From Candidatus Cloacimonadales bacterium (GTDB taxonomy: Bacteria > Cloacimonadota > Cloacimonadia > Cloacimonadales > JAFGVF01), in contig OY782781.1 of assembly GCA_963678315.1 (NCBI GenBank), positions 2,048,001-2,112,000 on the forward strand: a DNA stretch of 64,000 nucleotides, read 5' to 3'. The notes beneath the pieces are model-generated. The model was not told the DNA's origin. It was given only the letters and a program-made list of their open reading frames with translations, and did no database searches. Position 1 is the stretch's first letter; every line of letters starts with the position of its first letter. The position numbers and the translations under genes were made by a program. Of this stretch, positions 60,387 through 64,000 are shown piece by piece.

Positions 60387-63300
60387 TAAAACTCCGCCTT
60401 AACTTCGATATTTAATTTGTTATTAACTTTATCCTCAGGGTATTTATCACCAGAGTAATTGAAGTTAACAGTAACATATTTGTTATATTTATATTTCAAA
60501 CTTATGTTCCATTTATTGGAAATACCTTCACGTTTATCCGGTAAATATGTCAAGTATTCACTTCCTGAACGGATATTATATTTCAGTTCATTATTAAACT
60601 GAAGTAAGTATTTGCTTATAAAATTTGATGATACTATGAATTCATAAGATGTTGATAATATTCTATATCTATCATTAGTAATTTGGTTGCTTCCATCTTC
60701 GTCAGTTAAAGAGACAGTGTTAGTAAACTGTGTTTTTTTTAAGTAGCTGAACTTGTTCTTAACAGAGTATCTATTTTGGTCAATATCTGATTGATATTTA
60801 GTATCTTTTTCATTTCTAAATAAATGAGAAATACTTAAATTACCAAATCTAGTTTTCTTAATTAATAACTCGTTTTCTAAAGACTTCAGAGTTATCTTGT
60901 CCGATTCTTGGTACCTATTGTCTAATGTTTTATCAATATCATAAGATACGATGTAATTTAGAGATTTATCATTATTTCTATAATTCATAGAAGTAGAAAG
61001 GTAGTTTCTTCCATATAAAGTAGTTCTTGAGTTCATCAAAGATGATGGTTTTAATAGATAAAGATCTATTTTGTCATCTGTGTTAGATTCTTCTGCTATG
61101 AAACTATTCAGATTGAGTGATAAGTTTCTTAACAGAGCTTTAGAAGTAAATCTACCTAACCTAACATTTATATTGGAATCAAAATTTAATTCAGTAGATA
61201 ATTCTGATTGGCCTGAGTTGATATATACCCATTCATAATCTCCTTCAGAATCATAAACTCCTAAAGAATCGAGGTCACCAAGTCCATCACCGACATATTG
61301 TAATTCTTTAACTTTTGGGTAAAACTCAAGATTATTAATTTTATAGCCTAAATTAACATCTAAACCTTGATCGAAGAAATTGTTATTAGAATTTATCTCA
61401 ATGAAATCAAAATCTTGATCATTCTCAGTTTCCGACTTGTTATCTATTTCTTTATGGGTAAAATCAAATGATGTTGTAGAATTTTCAAATGAAAGTATGT
61501 TACTATTAGAATAAGTTATTGATTTTTGCTTGGACTTCCAACCTTCACTTTTAAGTCTTGTTTCATCATTGGAAAAAGAAAAGGAAGAATTAAAATACTT
61601 CCAATCGTCAGAGGCCAGAGAGTACTTACTTTTTCTGTAATCATTTCCTGACTCACCAACAGACTCGTAAGAATCAATAGTCTTTTCATAAGTATGATTA
61701 TAGTCTAAAGAAAAGACAGACATATTCTTGTGTAAGTCTAGCAAGTAAGAATTATATTTAATTTTTGATATATCATTATCTTCAAAGTCAATATTTGAAT
61801 AGATATAATTCAATCTAAGTTTGGGTGAGTATTTACTTTCAATTAAAGATAAAGAACTGTTATAATAGTCCTTTGTGTAAAGCTCATACAGATTATATTT
61901 AATGAAATCAAAGGCAAGTTGACCTATTAAGTCGTAACTATAATTCAAAGATAAATTATAGTTGTTAGATTTAATGCTATCGACATTTGTATCAATGTTT
62001 AGGTAGTTTAGTTCTAGCGGGTTTTCTAGGTTTTGGAAGGTTGATACATTTTTGGACTTATAAGTATAGGCAAACTGGGATTTGAATTTTGAAGAAGAAT
62101 TATCAAGATTGATGTTTAACTTGTTTCGGCTGATGAAACCTTGATTATCGCTATCATCTATATCGGAAAAAGTATTTTGGTCATTCTCTGAGAATAGAGC
62201 TTCAATCTGATAATTAACTCTTTCATTACCTATGGTTAGAAGAGCATCATAATTAGTCTTTCTCTTAGGAGCTTCAAGTATTCTAGCAGGTATATAATTA
62301 CCGTTGCCCAGTCCAACATACTCAAATTTATCGGGGGCATATTCATTGTAGCTACCTAAGTTGTTGCCTACATAAGAAAAGAAGATATTATATTGGCCAT
62401 TAGCGTTTAGCCCTACATATTCATAGTAATATGTGCTATCAGAAAGAGCAACTTGTATGTAGTTCCCTTGTCCTGTTTCTACTTGATAGATCCCATTAGT
62501 GATAACATTGCTGTCCCCCGCTTCTTTGAATGCTATCAGGTCTTCTTGAGTATGTACATCTTCTAATGGATTATCTTTATCATCTGCTTTACTTAGGACG
62601 TTTACCTGTAACTGGCCATATTTAAAAAGTGAATAATTACCAGAGAAGACATAACTTGTATTGTTGTACTTTTCGTTGGAATACTCAAATGTAATAAAAA
62701 TCTCGGTTTGAGAAGAAACAATCTCTTCAAAAGTAATAGAACCATCACTGTAATCGATGTAATAATCTATTCCTCGTTGAGCTTTATTGCCATCGATATA
62801 AAGAGCTTCTGTTCCTGCAATTATGCTAACATTTGTTTGATTATCATTGATATATATATAGTAAGGACCTTGTTTACCATCAATACAATTAAAGCTATAT
62901 GTATCAGGCTTCCCTTTCGAAACAGCAATGGCAGCTTTCAACTGATTCTTATCATAGAACAATTCATTATCATAAGAAGTATTTCTATATAATCCAAACT
63001 TAAAGCCTTCAAAAAGAGTATAATAATTAATAAAATCTGTATCCTCTATTTTATACTCAACATCTCCAAAAGATAAATCGAAGTAGTCGTTATAAAGCTT
63101 AATAAAGACCTTGTCTAAAGAAGAAAGTTCTTTGCTGCTTCCATCAGTACTTATTGGAGAGTTAGAATCGGATAGCTGAGCATCAATATACAAGTTTTTG
63201 GATAGTTCTCCACTTAGTTTGAGGAATAAGGATTGATTTAGGTCAAATTCTTTGCTATTAGAATATGATATACCAAAGGTTTTGGAACCATTGATATTTA

Positions 63301-63691
63301 GCTTGCTATTATCTAAGAAGTCTAAACTCTTCTTATTCTTAACAACAACATATTGACTATCTGCCTTAACTTGAATCTTATAAAGGTATTCTGCTTCTAA
63401 AAAGTATGCTGGAATTATTTTATAGGTGATCCTTAAGCTAGGATAAGTGAGTATTTTATCTGAGGATAAAGAAATTAACTTTCTTTCATAATCTATTGAA
63501 TAGTCTATATCTCTGGTGAAAACTACTGTGTCAGCGGAAACAACTTCTGAGTTTATGATTGGGTGTTCACTCTGTAAATAGTGATTCTTACTAGAAGTAT
63601 TCATATACTCAACCCTAAGGATATCGAAATCGGAGGCTCTTATTCCAACAACAAGTCCAATAAGAACTAGACAAAAAAGTAACTTATTCAC
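60386..63691 (-). CDS. Large outer-membrane beta-barrel protein of unknown function
   Basis: Signal peptide, repeated RxIDYxIDY motifs, GKQGPY, Y/N/S-rich strands, terminal EVKAEF beta-signal. Confidence 0.7.
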   Translation of the reverse strand: MNKLLFCLVLIGLVVGIRASDFDILRVEYMNTSSKNHYLQSEHPIINSEVVSADTVVFTRDIDYSIDYERKLISLSSDKILTYPSLRITYKIIPAYFLEAEYLYKIQVKADSQYVVVKNKKSLDFLDNSKLNINGSKTFGISYSNSKEFDLNQSLFLKLSGELSKNLYIDAQLSDSNSPISTDGSSKELSSLDKVFIKLYNDYFDLSFGDVEYKIEDTDFINYYTLFEGFKFGLYRNTSYDNELFYDKNQLKAAIAVSKGKPDTYSFNCIDGKQGPYYIYINDNQTNVSIIAGTEALYIDGNKAQRGIDYYIDYSDGSITFEEIVSSQTEIFITFEYSNEKYNNTSYVFSGNYSLFKYGQLQVNVLSKADDKDNPLEDVHTQEDLIAFKEAGDSNVITNGIYQVETGQGNYIQVALSDSTYYYEYVGLNANGQYNIFFSYVGNNLGSYNEYAPDKFEYVGLGNGNYIPARILEAPKRKTNYDALLTIGNERVNYQIEALFSENDQNTFSDIDDSDNQGFISRNKLNINLDNSSSKFKSQFAYTYKSKNVSTFQNLENPLELNYLNIDTNVDSIKSNNYNLSLNYSYDLIGQLAFDFIKYNLYELYTKDYYNSSLSLIESKYSPKLRLNYIYSNIDFEDNDISKIKYNSYLLDLHKNMSVFSLDYNHTYEKTIDSYESVGESGNDYRKSKYSLASDDWKYFNSSFSFSNDETRLKSEGWKSKQKSITYSNSNILSFENSTTSFDFTHKEIDNKSETENDQDFDFIEINSNNNFFDQGLDVNLGYKINNLEFYPKVKELQYVGDGLGDLDSLGVYDSEGDYEWVYINSGQSELSTELNFDSNINVRLGRFTSKALLRNLSLNLNSFIAEESNTDDKIDLYLLKPSSLMNSRTTLYGRNYLSTSMNYRNNDKSLNYIVSYDIDKTLDNRYQESDKITLKSLENELLIKKTRFGNLSISHLFRNEKDTKYQSDIDQNRYSVKNKFSYLKKTQFTNTVSLTDEDGSNQITNDRYRILSTSYEFIVSSNFISKYLLQFNNELKYNIRSGSEYLTYLPDKREGISNKWNISLKYKYNKYVTVNFNYSGDKYPEDKVNNKLNIEVKAEF

Positions 63692-63693
63692 TT

Positions 63694-64000
63694 CTAGTAA
63701 AATACAACTTTGTAATCGATTAACTCACCATTAGAGTAGTTAAATTTGGCTGAAAAGAATTTACCTTCTAACATCCATTTGAGAAATACTTTATCTCCTG
63801 CCCATAGATTAAGATTTAATAATTGATTTGTATCAATCCACTCTAGTGTGCCTTCATTAGAATCGACTATGTTCCCAATAAAAGAATCTGATTTATATAG
63901 ATAGACAATCCAGTCATGTTTGCCATCAAAGTTAGGGAAGGTTATTATTCCTGCCAGCTTTTGATTAAGAAGCGATAGACCACTTTCTTCTAAGACTTCT
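63694..64000 (-). CDS. 8-oxo-dGTP diphosphatase MutX-like NUDIX (3' part; not in the ORF track)
   Basis: Manual translation EVLEESGL...GIITFPNFDGKHDWIVYLY...SNEGTLEWI...LNLWAGDKVFL...FFSAKFNY; TAG at 63694-63696. Confidence 0.85.
   Translation of the reverse strand, partial: EVLEESGLSLLNQKLAGIITFPNFDGKHDWIVYLYKSDSFIGNIVDSNEGTLEWIDTNQLLNLNLWAGDKVFLKWMLEGKFFSAKFNYSNGELIDYKVVFY

Overview
AT-rich bacterial chromosomal window dominated by housekeeping and cell-envelope genes of a diderm anaerobe. It carries LPS genes (waaA, gmhB, lptD), a four-subunit 2-oxoacid:ferredoxin oxidoreductase, methylmalonyl-CoA mutase/MeaB/epimerase, and a large secreted protein with an FlgD-Ig/T9SS-like C-terminal domain. 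An FCB-group organism such as Cloacimonadota is my inference. About 45 credible CDSs and three identical tandem tRNA-Asp(GTC) genes are present. I found no transposase, phage genes or CRISPR. The most unusual DNA is non-coding: (1) a ~1.5 kb array of ~5.6 near-identical 260-bp units at 28.0-29.5 kb, built from REP-like hairpins plus 7-mer and 9/10-mer micro-repeats, with older degenerate hairpins upstream; (2) a 49-50 bp palindromic element found five times in large intergenic gaps; (3) a ~196-nt rod-like fold-back at 59.3-59.5 kb (ncRNA or MITE candidate). Unusual proteins include a receiver-like/PPDK ATP-grasp fusion, a probable M29 pseudo-peptidase, a membrane-spanning HTH protein heading a surface-glycan operon, and umuDC embedded in an apparently leaderless xerD operon.
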